63,045 nucleotides of DNA, filler included, from Craspedostauros australis (GCA_030167865.1; 13 parts of 13 records of this genome joined end to end with filler, not necessarily neighbours in it); one strand, 5' to 3'; positions 1-12,762 are shown, counted from the first letter of the whole stretch. The notes: a model not told the origin generated them from the sequence alone. Program-made: numbers and translations.

Positions 1-25
1 GCCCGTTCCGCTTCTGAAATTTGAA

Positions 26-433
26 GTGGAAATGACGTCGAACCCCAGAATCCAAAACGGAGACAACGGTACGGTGGCAACCTTCGCGACGGCCACAGTA
101 GCGCAGCAATCGGCACACGTAGGCACGGCAATCGCCAACACAGCGAGAAACAAGTCGGCCAATCCGCGGCAATTCGCAGCAGACCCATCGGCGAAAACAG
201 ACTTCGACGTGGATAATCCGGGCATCAGCATCCCTGAAGGCGAAGAGAGTGTGTCAGACGACGGAGAACTATCTATGGCAGCGGGAACGGATGGCAAAGA
301 AAGCAGTGCGACCTCGAGTGAGGACGACGAGAGCGATGATGAGGAGCAGAGTGTGGAGGACATGGAAACAGAAGATCCAATGGACACCGAACAAACCAAG
401 CAGGCAGGCGCAGACGCCGCACGAGTCGAGTAA
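26..433 (+). CDS. Acidic low-complexity ORF upstream of the non-LTR pol; possible ORF1 remnant or 5' part of the element
   Basis: 135-aa ORF with a D/E-rich tract (SSEDDESDDEEQ) ending at a TAA fused to an A16 run; same strand as the downstream pol; no recognisable domain. Confidence 0.25.
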   Translation: MEMTSNPRIQNGDNGTVATFATATVAQQSAHVGTAIANTARNKSANPRQFAADPSAKTDFDVDNPGISIPEGEESVSDDGELSMAAGTDGKESSATSSEDDESDDEEQSVEDMETEDPMDTEQTKQAGADAARVE

Positions 434-756
434 AAAAAAAAAAAAAACAACAACAACAAGAAGGAGCCCCGACGGAAAATCGAGCAACAGCAATAACAAG
501 ACACCGATCGAAACAACGGCAACACAACAACGAGACGAAGGCAAGGCAACTCACAGCTGCACAGATAGAAGGCCAAGGAGACGAACAAATACAATACGGC
601 ATCATCGAAGCATAACGTACCGCGACAGCGAACATCGACAACAGTTGTAACAACACAGGCATCAACACCAGGCCCACGCGACAGCAACAGCAACAGCAAC
701 ACCGACAGCATCAACAACAACAACGATAACATAACAATAACAACGATAGCACCAAT

Positions 757-818
<62 letters not shown>

Positions 819-819
819 C
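757..819. repeat. (AAC)21 microsatellite within a wider CAA-rich tract (about 440-920)
   Basis: Perfect AAC repeat read directly from the sequence. Confidence 0.95.
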
Positions 820-1112
820 CACAATATCAACAACTACGACAACAACCACCACCAACGACCACCGACATCGCCGCCCACGTAGGCAACAACGACAACATCA
901 ACGAAAACAACAACGGCGGAGTCAACGATAACGACACCAACAAGGTCAGAGTCGAACCGGAAGGATTGTGACCAAAGAGCCAACAATCACCACAACACCA
1001 TCAGTGCCAAGGTTTCGGTGCCCCGGTTCCACTGAGTACCGGAGACAACACCAGGACAGACCAGGAGGCGCTAGATGCAGCAAGTAGGCTAAACGATGCT
1101 TGCGGGGATCCG

Positions 1113-4100
1113 ATGACGGAAAAGGCTAAGGCGACGATCCGCATCGTATACCAAAATGTAGCCCAGTTACCCATTCACACGTACCAGCAGAAGAACGAGG
1201 AGATCTTCGGGTTCATTAAATCAAGCGACTTGGACATGCTATGCATGGCGGAAACCAACATACGTTGGGACTACGCACGACCGCACGACCAGTGGGCAGA
1301 GCGATCCAGACGACAGCTACCCCGATCTAAACACTCCTTTGCTTACAACACGCACGAAGACAAAAGAGACCCGCGACTGTATGGAGGAGCAGGGGTGGTC
1401 GTAACGGCGCAAATGGCCGCACGTACGTTTCAAACTGGAACCGATGAGAGTGGTATGGGTCGGTGGTGTTGGACCCTCACGGAAGGGAAAGGCACCAAGA
1501 GATTGCGAGTCATCGCAGCCTACAGGCCATGCCGGTCTACTGAGGGAGCCACCACGGTCTGGGCACAACAGACGCGAGCACTGCACGCTACCGGAAGAGA
1601 AGAGGACCCGCACGAAGCCTGGATCACAGACATAACAGCCGAGATACACAAGTGGAAAGCGGATGGCGACACCATTGTACTAGGAGTGGACCTGAATGAC
1701 GATGTCATGGATAGCCCGACCGCCAAACGCCTCGAGGCCGCAGGGTTGCAAAACACGGTACAGAAACGAATAGGACGAGACCTATCTCGCCGAGCAACAC
1801 AACAACGCAACCGCAGCGGTATTCCTATCGACGCGATATTCGTCTCTGAAGGAGTCGTCCTGGAGAAAGCCGGCTACTTGGAGTTTGGTGCAGCAATCCC
1901 GTCCGATCACAGAGCGGTGTGGATCGATATCAGCTTCGACCAGGTATTGGGAACAGGTATCAAACCGGTTCGCAAGGCTACGCCACGCCGTCTTGTGCTG
2001 AGTGACCCCCGAGTTATGCAACGGTACAATGACGCGCTTCTAGAAGAATACGGAAGACACAACATCTTCGACCGCACGCAGAAGATGTGGCTCACAGCCA
2101 AGACCCAAGGGTGGAGACTGACTCACGACCAACGCCGCCAATACGACAAGCTTCTTACTCAAACATACGAGATCCGCCGGCACGCGGAGAAGGGGTGTCG
2201 CAAGCTGAAGATGGGAGGGGCCGCCTGGTCTCCAGAACTGCAACACGCAAGGAACGTGATCAAACACTGGTCCCTGGAGGTCAAACACCTGGCAGGGGTA
2301 AAGGTCAGCTCGTCGCTCCGGTGCCGCACACGGAAGCTGGTGGGACTGGAGGTAGGGGAGACTCTGCTCCAGGCACAACAACGCCGATCGGAGGCATACA
2401 CCACATACTACAAGCAAAAGAAGGATCACGAAAAGGCCCGTCAAGAGTTTCTGGTACAGATAGCCAGGCAACAACACGACGCCCATGAACAAGAATACGA
2501 AGCCGCACTGCAATCCCTGATGAATCGAGAGAAACAACGGGAACAAGCGGGACGCCTTCGAGCCGTGTTTGGGCAAGACAAGTCGATGACGACGAAGGTC
2601 TTATTCACGGATGACGAAGGCCGATTGCAGGAATGCACGGAACAACACGACATCGTCACAGCGTGCATAAGGGAAAACAAACGACGATTTTCCCAAGCAG
2701 ACCAGACCCCTTGCATGTCGGGCCAGACGAAAAGGATCATGGACCGGATTTGGAATCCAGCACTGGAGACACAACTCATCAACGCGCAGGGATCCACCCC
2801 AGAAGTGCCGGATCCTATGACTCATGCCCTGCTGCAGTCCTTACAACCCATTGCACAAGACAAGGAGGAACTTACGACAGAGGAGCACATCAAAGCGTGG
2901 AAACGACAGACGGAACTGACGAACTCAGAACCGAGCACGCCGCACTTCGGACACTACAAAGCAGCGATGTCCGTCAAGAGCCTAGCAGACGCCGACATGA
3001 TGTTGAGGGACATTCCGTACCAAACAGGCCATTCGCCGAGACCATGGCAAAGGATCACCGACGTCGAGATACTGAAGAAGGCGCAAGTCTTCAACATCGA
3101 AAAGATGAGGACTATACAATTGATGGACGCGCAGTTTAATCTGAACAACAAAAGACTTGGACGACAAATGATGCAAACTGCGGAGAAAGCAGGATGGCTC
3201 TCGGGATTCCAATTTGGTAGCCGCAAATGCAGGTCGGCAATCAGCGCAGCACTGAACAAGCGTATCAGCATTGACCTGGGTTTCCAGCGGAAAGTGGCGG
3301 TCTCATTCTGCTCCAACGACGCAAAATCCTGTTACGACAGGATAGTCCCAAACTTCGCGGCGACGGTGATGATGGCGGCCGGAGCGAACAGATCGGCGAC
3401 GAGAAGCATGTTCAAGACGCTCCGAGACGCACAGCACCACATTAGCACCGCATACGGAGTGTCTGATAGATCATATGGTCGCGGGGCGGATTGCCAGATG
3501 CACGGCATTGGCCAAGGGAACGGGGCAGGACCGGCTATTTGGGCGGTCATCAGTTCCGTCATGTTTAACGCTATGGGTCTTCTTGGTCATGCCTCGCCGC
3601 TACAGACCCCTGACGAGCAGACGATCTCAATTCTGGGATCAGCCTTTGTGGACGACACGGACCTAGTGAGGCTGGAAACAGGTGGCACAGTGACGGCGGA
3701 CACGGAAGCCTTTAAGGCGATGGTACAAGACTGGAGCAAGCTGCTGCATGTTACCGGCGGTGCTCTCGTGCCGAGCAAGTCTGCTTGGTGGGCGATGCAA
3801 CCGGAATTCGTTTCAGGACAATGGACGTGGCAAGACGCCAACCCGTTGACCACCATCAATATCAACGACGGGCACGACTCAGCGGCGGAAATACCGTACA
3901 AACCAATGGACCAGCCACTCTTCACGTTGGGAGTGTTCATTGACTTCGACGGGAATCAAGAAGCGCAGGCTGACAGACTCCGCAAGAAAGCAGAAGAATT
4001 CGGGGGACGCATGCGGACGGCGAAAATTTCTCCAGCCGACGCAAGGTCTGCCCTCACGCTGCGGTTCATGAAGACGATTGAATACGCGCTTCCAATGGTT

Positions 4101-6460
4101 CAGCTTACTCGGCCACAATGGCGGCGGATCATGGCCCCGGCGTTGCTGGCAGCACTCCCGAAAATGGGGGTATCCAGGAACTTCCCGAGAGACTTGGTGT
4201 ATGGTACGACGTCACTGGGCGGGCTGGGGATCATCAACCCAGCCAATATGCAGTTGATTTCGCAGGTCCAGCTGGCCTTCGACGAAGTCCATCGTGGCAC
4301 CCAAACTGGGGAAATGATCAAATGCTCTATTCTGGCCTTGAAAGAGGAGCTGGGAGTGGAGCGATCTCTGTTCCGGTACTCACACAAGGACATCGGACAC
4401 TGCGCCACGAGTTGCTGGGTCACCGGACTCTGGCAACAGCTTCACGACACCAGCATAGACATCCTCGAAACCACGAAGTCGGCGACTCGCCAGCGGCGAG
4501 GCGACAAGTGCTTGATGGACATCTGGCTCAGCCAGGGTGTGAAAGGAGCTCAGCTATACCATCTGAATATGGTGCGTCAGAAGCTGGGTGTGATACGAAT
4601 GTCAGATATCACGTCGGCTAACGGAACGAGAATACTGGCGGAGGCGCATGACGGAATCGCCGCTTCGACCCTGCCCAAGCAATGGGCAAGCCAACCTGAC
4701 CGCCTCCCGAGCGGCTGGTGGAAGGAATGGCAGCGGTGGTGCAAATTCATGTGCTTCCGAGGCTTGACGCTCCACCAACCCCTGGGCAGGTGGCACAGCG
4801 ATGATAGGACCTGGCGGTGGTGGAAGCTACCGTACACAGATGTGATCTTTGACATGGCTACTCGTCCAATCCAGCGATACAGGCAGCGTCTCACCAGCCG
4901 GACCCGTCGACAGCGATTCACTAGGGCTGGACACGTCGAGGTGCTCCCAACGGGGGCCAAGCGCGTGTCTGTCACGATGATTGAAACGGGAATCGAGTGG
5001 GATGGCCACGTGGGCCTGGCTGAGCCGAGCGACGAGCCCTCGGAAGGCTACAACCCGGTCGAGCAGCTGCAGGGGGACCTACAGCCTCATGACGCAGTAA
5101 GGGCGGCCAGACGTGGAAAGCTACTGGTGGTGAGTGACGGTTCGTTCAAGGATTTCCGAGGGACTTCGTCATCGATACTGTTTGACGCCGAGTCCAACGC
5201 CAGCATGAGCTGCAACACCTTTGTTCCAGGACCCAGAGAAGTACAAAGCGCCTACAGAAGCGAACTGGCAGGTGTATGGGCGTCTCTGGCAGTCATATCC
5301 AGGATGCCAGGGCTGGACGAGGACTGCGTGATTACGCTGGCCTTGGACGGTAAACAGGCCATGCAACGAGCGCAGGAGGACGAGCTCCGCCCACACCAAC
5401 GAGACTGGGACGTGCTCACCGAGATTCGGAAGCTTCGGCGCCAGATTCGGGCCACCCTAAAATGGGAATGGGTCAAAGGTCACCAGGATGATACTGGGAA
5501 GACGCTGACCACCCTGGAGCGGCTCAATGTGATTGTCGACGACAATGCTAAGCGGTTTTGGGTTGAGACAGCACAACGCCGAATGGTGAAAAGATGGAGC
5601 ACGAGCACTGACAGGTGGCGTTTACGTCTCCGAGACACGGATGCCTCGCATGTGGACAAGCACGCATTGAACGAGATACTACAGGCGGCGGAAGCTGCCA
5701 CTTATTGGTCATCGAAGTTTCAGTGGGAGGACGAACAGGCCGCAGCGGTGGACTGGCATACGTACAGGTCAACGAGGTCGGCCAAAAAGAGCAAGACGAT
5801 GGTCACCTTCATGTCCAAGTGGTCCTCGGGTTTCATCGGTGTCAACAAGAAATTGCATCAGATGGGACAGCGACCCACGGCGAAGTGCCAATTCTGTCCC
5901 CACGAGGAAACGACGGAACACGTGCTGCAGTGCCCGGAACACCAGGAAGCTTGGCAGGACTCCACGGCCGATCTGATCGCTACCATGGTGAGAATTGGTA
6001 CGGCCCCGCGACTGGTCCAGAACATGCGAGTGGGGCTAGTGCGGTGGAGACGGAAGTTGAGAACGGATGGACCTCAGAGCGCGATAGGTTGGTATCCTCT
6101 GCTAGCAGGCTTCCTACACAAGGATTGGGTACGGACGCAGAGGCAGTGGATGACGACGCACGAGTGCTTTTTCCCGGACGCTAGGGCATGGGCAGGAGAG
6201 GTAATCCGGTGGATCTGGAAAGTACCTTGGACGATATGGACGGCGAGAAATGCGAAAGTGCACGACGGGGATCAGCACCCAACTACGCAGGAATTGCGCA
6301 GGCAGGTGCGCCGGATAACCCAGAGTGCCAGCCAAGACATGACAGCGTCAGAACTGCAGCTCTTACGAGACGGACGCAACATCGAGTACGGCACCGAAAC
6401 CCAAATGCGACAATGGGTGCATTCGATGACGGCAGTACAGGCCGCAGTCAAAGCCCGACG
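1113..6460 (+). mobile_element. Non-LTR retrotransposon pol (APE endonuclease - RT - RNase H - Cys/His finger), Ambal-like; 3' end lost in gap
   Basis: APE motifs IRIVYQNV, MAETN, GVDLND, PIDAIF, SDHRAVWID; RT motifs NDAKSCYDRI, GIGQGNGAGP, AFVDDTDL; RNase H motifs VSDGSFK, AYRSELAG, WVKGHQD, NVIVDDNAK; CQFCPHEETTEHVLQC; uninterrupted ORF of more than 1780 codons. Confidence 0.93.
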
Positions 6461-6560
6461 NNNNNNNNNNNNNNNNNNNNNNNNNNNNNNNNNNNNNNNN
6501 NNNNTTAATTAATTAANNNNNNNNNNNNNNNNNNNNNNNNNNNNNNNNNNNNNNNNNNNN
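6461..6560. other. Assembly gap with artificial six-frame-stop linker TTAATTAATTAA (also at about 12707, 14392, 15644, 17112, 48061, 49524, 52063, 55364, 57214, 58738, 61986)
   Basis: Identical linker centred in about 100-nt N runs 12 times. Confidence 0.97.
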
Positions 6561-7119
6561 CGTTTTTTTAGTGTGTTCTTCTCCAGGAGCGTGTCCGAGA
6601 TGTAAAATTAGGAGAATGGGGTTGGATATAAGAGGGGGAGGAGGAGCAAGTCCCCCTCTCTCAACACCATCAACCGTGATACTCACACATCCCAACAACG
6701 CTCATGCACACGCACATGCACAATCCCCTAGAGTTGTCTCTCACACATTGTGCATTCTGCTGACCACTCCATGATGCCTATTGCCACACTCAAATGCTAA
6801 GCATGGTCCATTGTTGGGTCTCACAGTTGAAGTCACTGCCACTATCTGTCTCAACGCCCTTGACTGAGATATTCACACATTCAGTAATGCCAATACGTAC
6901 CCCAAAGCCCTCGTTTTCAAGTGGCGCCAAAGTGCCCTTGTCCATCAGAGCACCTTGCCATCATTCATATATACTTTGTCTACAGTCCATCATCTCTGGC
7001 CATGTGCAGATCCCTCCCCAGTGGTTAGAATCCTCCTTCACACTTGTTGTTGGGTGGGGACAGGCCAGGCCACATAGCAGAACATGATTGGATGTGATGC
7101 AGGACAGGCCATAAGGTGG

Positions 7120-7224
7120 TCCAAGTGTGATCAATGAGAGTTGATTTGGAATACTCTGAACGCTATTATTGGGAGGTGCAGTAGTCATGGGTATCACATC
7201 ATAGTTGCACCCTTGATTCCTGAC
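7120..7224. repeat. Degenerate terminal fragment of LTR family A
   Basis: gggaggtgcagtagtcatgggtatc...cccttgattcctgaca aligns to the ends of the copies ending at 11941 and 15987. Confidence 0.7.
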
Positions 7225-7671
7225 ATGGACCATGATGGACCACAGTTGCACATGATAGACCATGATAGACTATGTTGACACGTGATGGATCACATTGCAC
7301 GCGATCCAACACGATCGAACGCACACGCACACGACTGACCGTGATGACACGCGATGAAACACGCAGCAACATGCCATGCAATTGTGATCAACCACGATGG
7401 ATAGTGAGTGCATGCAATAGCATGGGATATCATGCAGGAACAAATGAGAACACACAGTAACTGGTGAAAGACCGCACTAACGTGTGATGGACCACGATGA
7501 TATACACAGTAACACGTGATGAGACGCGATAAACCACAATTGCAGGAGATGACACACGATGGGACATGAAGAACCACGATGATACAGGCAGCAGAATGTG
7601 GCAGGCTGCAATGAGAGCCAGTGACAAGAAATGGATCATGATGCACTGTGATAGACCGCGATGGCACACGA
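7225..7671. repeat. Degenerate low-complexity tandem tract (cacgatg/gatagac/gacac words)
   Basis: Recurrent short words rich in CA/TG; no credible ORF. Confidence 0.45.
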
Positions 7672-7989
7672 TGTTGAAACAACAACGTGTGCAGCGGTCC
7701 CAACCCGGCAATGAACCAAAGCGATAGACCAGAGGCAGAGCTGTGTGATGGATGTGGGTGGTGTAATCAGATAGTTTACACAAGATTATGAGCTGTTGTG
7801 CTCTTTTTCTTGTTTGCATGTCTGTTGTTGTTGTTCGCCTCTTTGCTGCTGTTTGCCTTGTGATGTGCAGCTTGGTGGTGGTAATGACTGCCAGCCGTTG
7901 AATCAAATCTGTGGATGACGGGCACGTCCTTGCTCCGTCCAGTGTCTGTCCTGGCAGCATTGTTCCGATCAGAGTCAACTGCACCAACA
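7672..7989 (-). mobile_element. Putative 3' LTR of the minus-strand Copia element
   Basis: On the minus strand, RNase H is followed by caggaatg then TGTTGG (7989); the region ends TCAACA (7672), giving TGTTG...CAACA inverted termini. Confidence 0.6.
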
Positions 7990-10900
7990 CATTCCTGCGA
8001 TCCCATGAGGGCCTGTTTGTATGTCTTGACCATGTTTGGATTGTCTCCTGTGCGGTTGAGGATGAGGTCACGGAACTTGCGGAATTTGGAGCCTTGCAAG
8101 GGCTTGGTGAAGAAATCGCCAATCATGTCGTCGGTCGGGCAGTATGTGACACAGATCTGTCCTTTGTTGATCCGGTCACTCACAAAGAAGTAGCGCATGT
8201 TGATGTGGCGTGTCTTCTTTCCACTTGAGCCCCTGCTGTTGTTCTCAAGCAACATAGTGCTTTGGTTGTCTTGATGGATGGTGGTTGGCTCCACCTTGAT
8301 GCCTTGCTCCTTGAGAAAGTATCGGGTCCAGAGCACTTGCGGCATGATGTCGTCCACGGCGACGAGTTTGGCTTCTGTGGAGCTCTTGGTGTTCAGCTTT
8401 TGCTTGGATGATACGCCGTAGATGGTTCCAGCGCAGGTGGACATGGATGCTCCGGTGTGGCTGGGCATGTCGCCATGCACACCGAACGATCCATTGACCC
8501 ACCACTGCACATTGTGAAGTGATGATCCTCCAAGGGCGAGGGTCATGTCCTTGGTGGATCTGAGGTACTTGATGACTCTGCCCAGCTTCTTGTAATCATC
8601 CTCATCTGGTGCCTTGACACGAGTGCATAAGAGCACCACTGCGGTCTGCAGGTCTGGTCATGCACGCTTGCACAGAAACAGAAGCTTGGCCACAATGTGA
8701 TGAAACAGATCGGCTGTCTCCGGATCCAGCTTGACTGGGTCAATTTCGTTGATGTCAAACAGATGATCGGCTGCTGGGGAAGTGGCGCTGCCATGCATGT
8801 TTGCGGGAACTCCTGCAAGGATGCCGTCAATGTATGTGCTCATGTTGATCTTCACCTGGTCGGGATCGGAGCAGTCCAACTTCATGCGAAGGTATGCATG
8901 GACCTTGCCCCTGGTGACGGTGAACGGACTGTGCTTGCCGTACGCCTCGCTGAGCATATGGAGCACATCATCAACAACCAAGCTGTCTTTGCGAGAGATC
9001 TTCAGGTCGTCAACGTGCCATACGACAGTGCATTGGCTGCCGTTGACATCCTTGTTGGCCACGCACCAATCGTAGGGGTTGATGGTGAATCCTTCCGCCA
9101 CGAGAGTGGACGTCAGCTCCTTCCACCACTGGAGTGCGGCCTTGAGGGTTCCGTACAGCGCCTTGGTGAGCTGTACGTAGATTGATGATCGTCCTCGCTT
9201 CTGGTGTACGTATTCCTTGTACACATCAGGGGCAATCTTGGCGAGTAGCTCGGCCATGCGTCCTTCGATGAGGACGTGCACAACCTCACCCTTGTTGAAT
9301 GTGGTCTGGAGGAAGGCTCCAGGGATGTTGGCAGTTGCGACGTCTCTTCCTTCATGGGCATCGACGACGCAAGTGAGTATCAGTCCGAGAAGGGAGACGG
9401 TGGGAGAGCTGGTTTCCTCCTTGGTCATGTACAGCCGCTGCGGTCGGCCGTCAGCGCATCCACGTCCTTTGATGAGACCGGTACGCTTCTCCTTGAGGTA
9501 CATGAGGTACCGCAGCACCTTGCGACGCTCGTCCTTGGACAGTTGATGCCAATACTTTGGCTCAAATCCCTCCATGTCATGCACCTGCCTCAGCTCCTTA
9601 CCAATGGCATCCTCTCCACGTTCGTTGAACAGCTTGAGCCCTTGCTTTCAATTTATTTGGTCAGTGAGGAATGTGTACGCCGTGGTCTCTTCTTTGACTT
9701 CATCCTTTGGGTTGGCCGACATCTGCACCATTGTGGCCTGTGTTTCGGTGGTACTGTGGTTGTGCAGGTGGCGGTAGTCGGGTTGCGGTCCACTGCGAGT
9801 GCGTTGGCCCGTGTCTTCCACTTGTTGCGGTTCAGCAGGCTGCTCTGGCCCAGCGACGAGTGCGGCAACAAGCTCGGCAACGGCTTCTTCGATTGGTTCG
9901 AGTATGTTGGCTTCTGCTGGCTCGATCGCAACCTCGTCGATTGGATCGAGTATGCCGGCTTCCGCTGGCTCGACAACAGCCTCTTCGATTGGCTCGAATA
10001 CGTTGGCATCCGGATCCGGATCGTCGTTGCTGTCGCGGGTGTCGTCGCTGCTGCTGGCATCATCTTCTTCTGGATGATACATGCTGTCGTCATTATCGTC
10101 GTCATTATCGTCGTCCTCCTCCTCGTCCCCATCGGATTCATCATCAGACTCACTGTCGGCATCCAGAGATTCCTCGCTGGCCTGAAATTCATCATCGGGA
10201 TCATAATCCGCGTTGTTGGGGTCGTCATCATCGTTGCCACCGTACACTGGCATCACAAGGTTGTTGTAGCTGTCGGTGAACACCATGTCCTTCCTGCCTC
10301 TTGACTTCTTGTCGAGGGCATGAACGTGATTGATCACTGCGTCTGGCATTGGCATCTCCGTCCAGCTTCTGCGGTGCAGACGCCTTCTGGTGACCAGGCT
10401 GTGGAAGAAGTATCCCCCTTGGTTGTTGCCAGATGGTTGCAGAGCGAGGGCTCCAACGGTTCTGGGTCGCATGCTGTTGTCATGTTCCTCATGGGTCTGC
10501 AAGTACGTCCCGAACTCGACCTTGCAGTGCTTGTGAAAATCGAGTTTGCGCCCGACCACGATTTCTGCTCGACTCATTCACTTAGAGATTCCGTCGTGGT
10601 GTGGGAACATATTCAGCCAGTACACTGCATGATACACCATTTCGATGATGAGTGCTGGCGGGAAATGCTTGAATGGCGGCGAGTTGTACGTGCTGCGTGC
10701 ACGTTCCTTGATGGTGCGGATATCTCTCTCAACTTCTGGGACGTGCTCGTCTTGAGATGTGATGTTGATGCCTGCTCCTGTTGGTGTGAGGTCTCTGCGG
10801 ATGGATGCAAACTGGGTATCGGTGAGGACCATGTTGACGATGAATCCTCGCTGTTTGTATGTCTTGATGATCTCCATGAACGCTGGGATGATGACTTTGT

Positions 10901-11258
10901 TCGATTCGGCATCAAGTTTTGTGACAGTCCCGAACTTGATGTGCTTCTCGATGGAGACCAGAAATGGAATGCCGTTGACCTTCATGATGTCAGCAGAGAT
11001 GATGATGTTTTGATCCTCCTTCATGACGTAGGAAGGTAGAGCGACGATCTCTGTAGTCACGCGTGGCGATGTGGTTCGTGCCGTCTTGCCTTTGAGTGAT
11101 CCCAGATCAGGACTAAAGATGCGCTCGGCATTCCGGATGTCCTTGGTGGCGACTGGGTAGTTGGGGATCATGTTGTTGCTCACGTATTTGATGTAGTTGC
11201 GGGTGGATGGACAACCAATGCGCTGCTGCACGGAACGAGGAAGCTGAGCACGGAGTAA
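7990..11258 (-). pseudogene. Ty1/Copia pol (integrase - RT - RNase H), degenerate; one frame with three premature stops; 5' part cut off by an LTR insertion
   Basis: INT: ADIMKVNGIPF, EHVPEVERDIRTIKER; RT: KGRGCADG, ANIPGAFL, KALYG, WHVDDL; RH: KQKLNTKSSTE, RHINMRYFF, GDFFTKPLQG; ORFs starting 11231, 10577, 9584 and 8639 are all in frame, with stops at 10578, 9648 and 8658. Confidence 0.93.
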
Positions 11259-11941
11259 TGTTGGAAATCCGGGGTTAATGTTAGTAGGAACTAATTGGTT
11301 GTTAGATCGTACTGTCTTAGAACTGTGAGCTCATTCTCTTCAGCTCCTTTGCCTTTCATTTCACATATAGCATCTTCTGCATCAGCATCATGTTATGCTG
11401 TTGCTTTCATGCATCTCATCATCATGTATCTTCGGTTGCATCCATGAGATCATATCCGCAGGCATCATCGTCATGCATTTTGTCATGCATATCATCATCT
11501 ACATTCACTGTGGTACGATTCCACAGTCATGCGTTTCTCTCCTGATCTCCTGACATCAAACTTTATGATTGGTGTCATGATTGATGCCCTTTCTGAATTG
11601 TTCTAGTCCCTGGGTGACATGTGTCTTGATCTCCAGATGGGGTGATCACCAATCTGTCAGTCACCATCTTCCTTCATCATGACGTTGACATTTGGTTTGA
11701 TCATGATTCCGCGTTTGGTGCTGGGACATCCTGTTTTCCGATGTCGTGGCTTTTCTCGATTCATGGGGGACAGGCTGATTTACTTGGTAAGACTGAGGTC
11801 AGTCACTTGTCAATTGGATCGTGGGTGGAATGAATAATATTCAATGGTGTGACGAATAATATCCAAAGGTGTGATGAATAGTGTTGGGAGTTGCGGCAAT
11901 CATGGGTATCTTCGACAGAGTCGTACCCTCGATTCCTAACA
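11259..11941. mobile_element. LTR family A, complete 683-bp solo copy
   Basis: TGTT...AACA termini; homologous to 49023-49479, 58794-59039 (inverted), 15700-15987 and 7120-7224; interrupts coding sequence on both sides. Confidence 0.85.
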
Positions 11942-12580
11942 GAGAAATCAATAGACGAGAACTTAGTTTTGTTACCAGCTACAGTAGTGATTTGAACTGA
12001 AGAAGGAAGGCTCTTTCACCGAATTCCTGGGCATCCAACTGGTGCACGATCCAATAGCAGGCATGGTGCACATGCTTCAACGCGGACTCATCAAGAACGT
12101 CATCGACACGGTCGGCATGGAGAAGTGTAAACCGAATGCCACACCAACCATCCAGCAAGCTCTCAGAGCCGACGATCACGAGCCGCCATATTCGGAAGAC
12201 TGGAATTACCGCTCCGTGGTAGGTATGCTACTCTACCTAGCAACCAATACTCGCCCGGACATCGCTTTCGCAGTATCCCAGCTCGCCCGATTCAGCAACG
12301 ATCCCAAACGCATACACGCCAAGGCAATGAAGATGCTGGTGCGATACCTAGCTGGTACATCCGACCGAGGCACGATCATCAAGCCAACTGGGAAACTGCA
12401 GCTGACTTGCTATGTGGATGCCGATTTCGGTGGGTTATATCGATGTGAGGACCATCGCTCNNNNNNNGCAGCACGATCTCGAACAGGCTACATCATCGAG
12501 CTTGGGGGCTGTCCTCTTGTCTGGAAGTCGAAACTTCAGACAGAGATTGCCCTCTCTACAATGGAAGCGGAGTATGCGGC
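11942..12580 (+). pseudogene. Copia RT C-terminus / RNase H fragment
   Basis: FELKKEGSFTEFLGI, YRSVVGMLLYL, TRPDIAFAVSQLARF, CYVDADFGG, SRTGY, WKSKLQTEIALSTMEAEY. Confidence 0.9.
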
Positions 12581-12662
12581 TATCAACATCTAGATCGAAA
12601 TTAGGTACCCATCTCCCATGACTGAAACGTGATTCACTATTTTTTGATTCGACTCGATTTGA
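12581..12662. mobile_element. LTR family B terminus (truncated by gap)
   Basis: Nearly identical to 61856-61941; interrupts RNase H right after EAEYAA. Confidence 0.75.
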
Positions 12663-12762
12663 NNNNNNNNNNNNNNNNNNNNNNNNNNNNNNNNNNNNNN
12701 NNNNNNTTAATTAATTAANNNNNNNNNNNNNNNNNNNNNNNNNNNNNNNNNNNNNNNNNNNN

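Noticed and set aside
6505..6516. Recurrent TTAATTAATTAA motif as a biological repeat or piggyBac target
   Set aside because: Always centred in N runs; an artificial six-frame-stop contig linker. ORF ends at these sites are artefacts.
6632..6660. Short hairpin agaggggg...ccccctct as a terminator or element end
   Set aside because: Only an 8-bp stem in low-complexity sequence beside a gap; no supporting context
9276..10304. 342-aa plus-strand hydrophobic ORF (env-like)
   Set aside because: Antisense to the acidic INT-RT linker of the Copia pol
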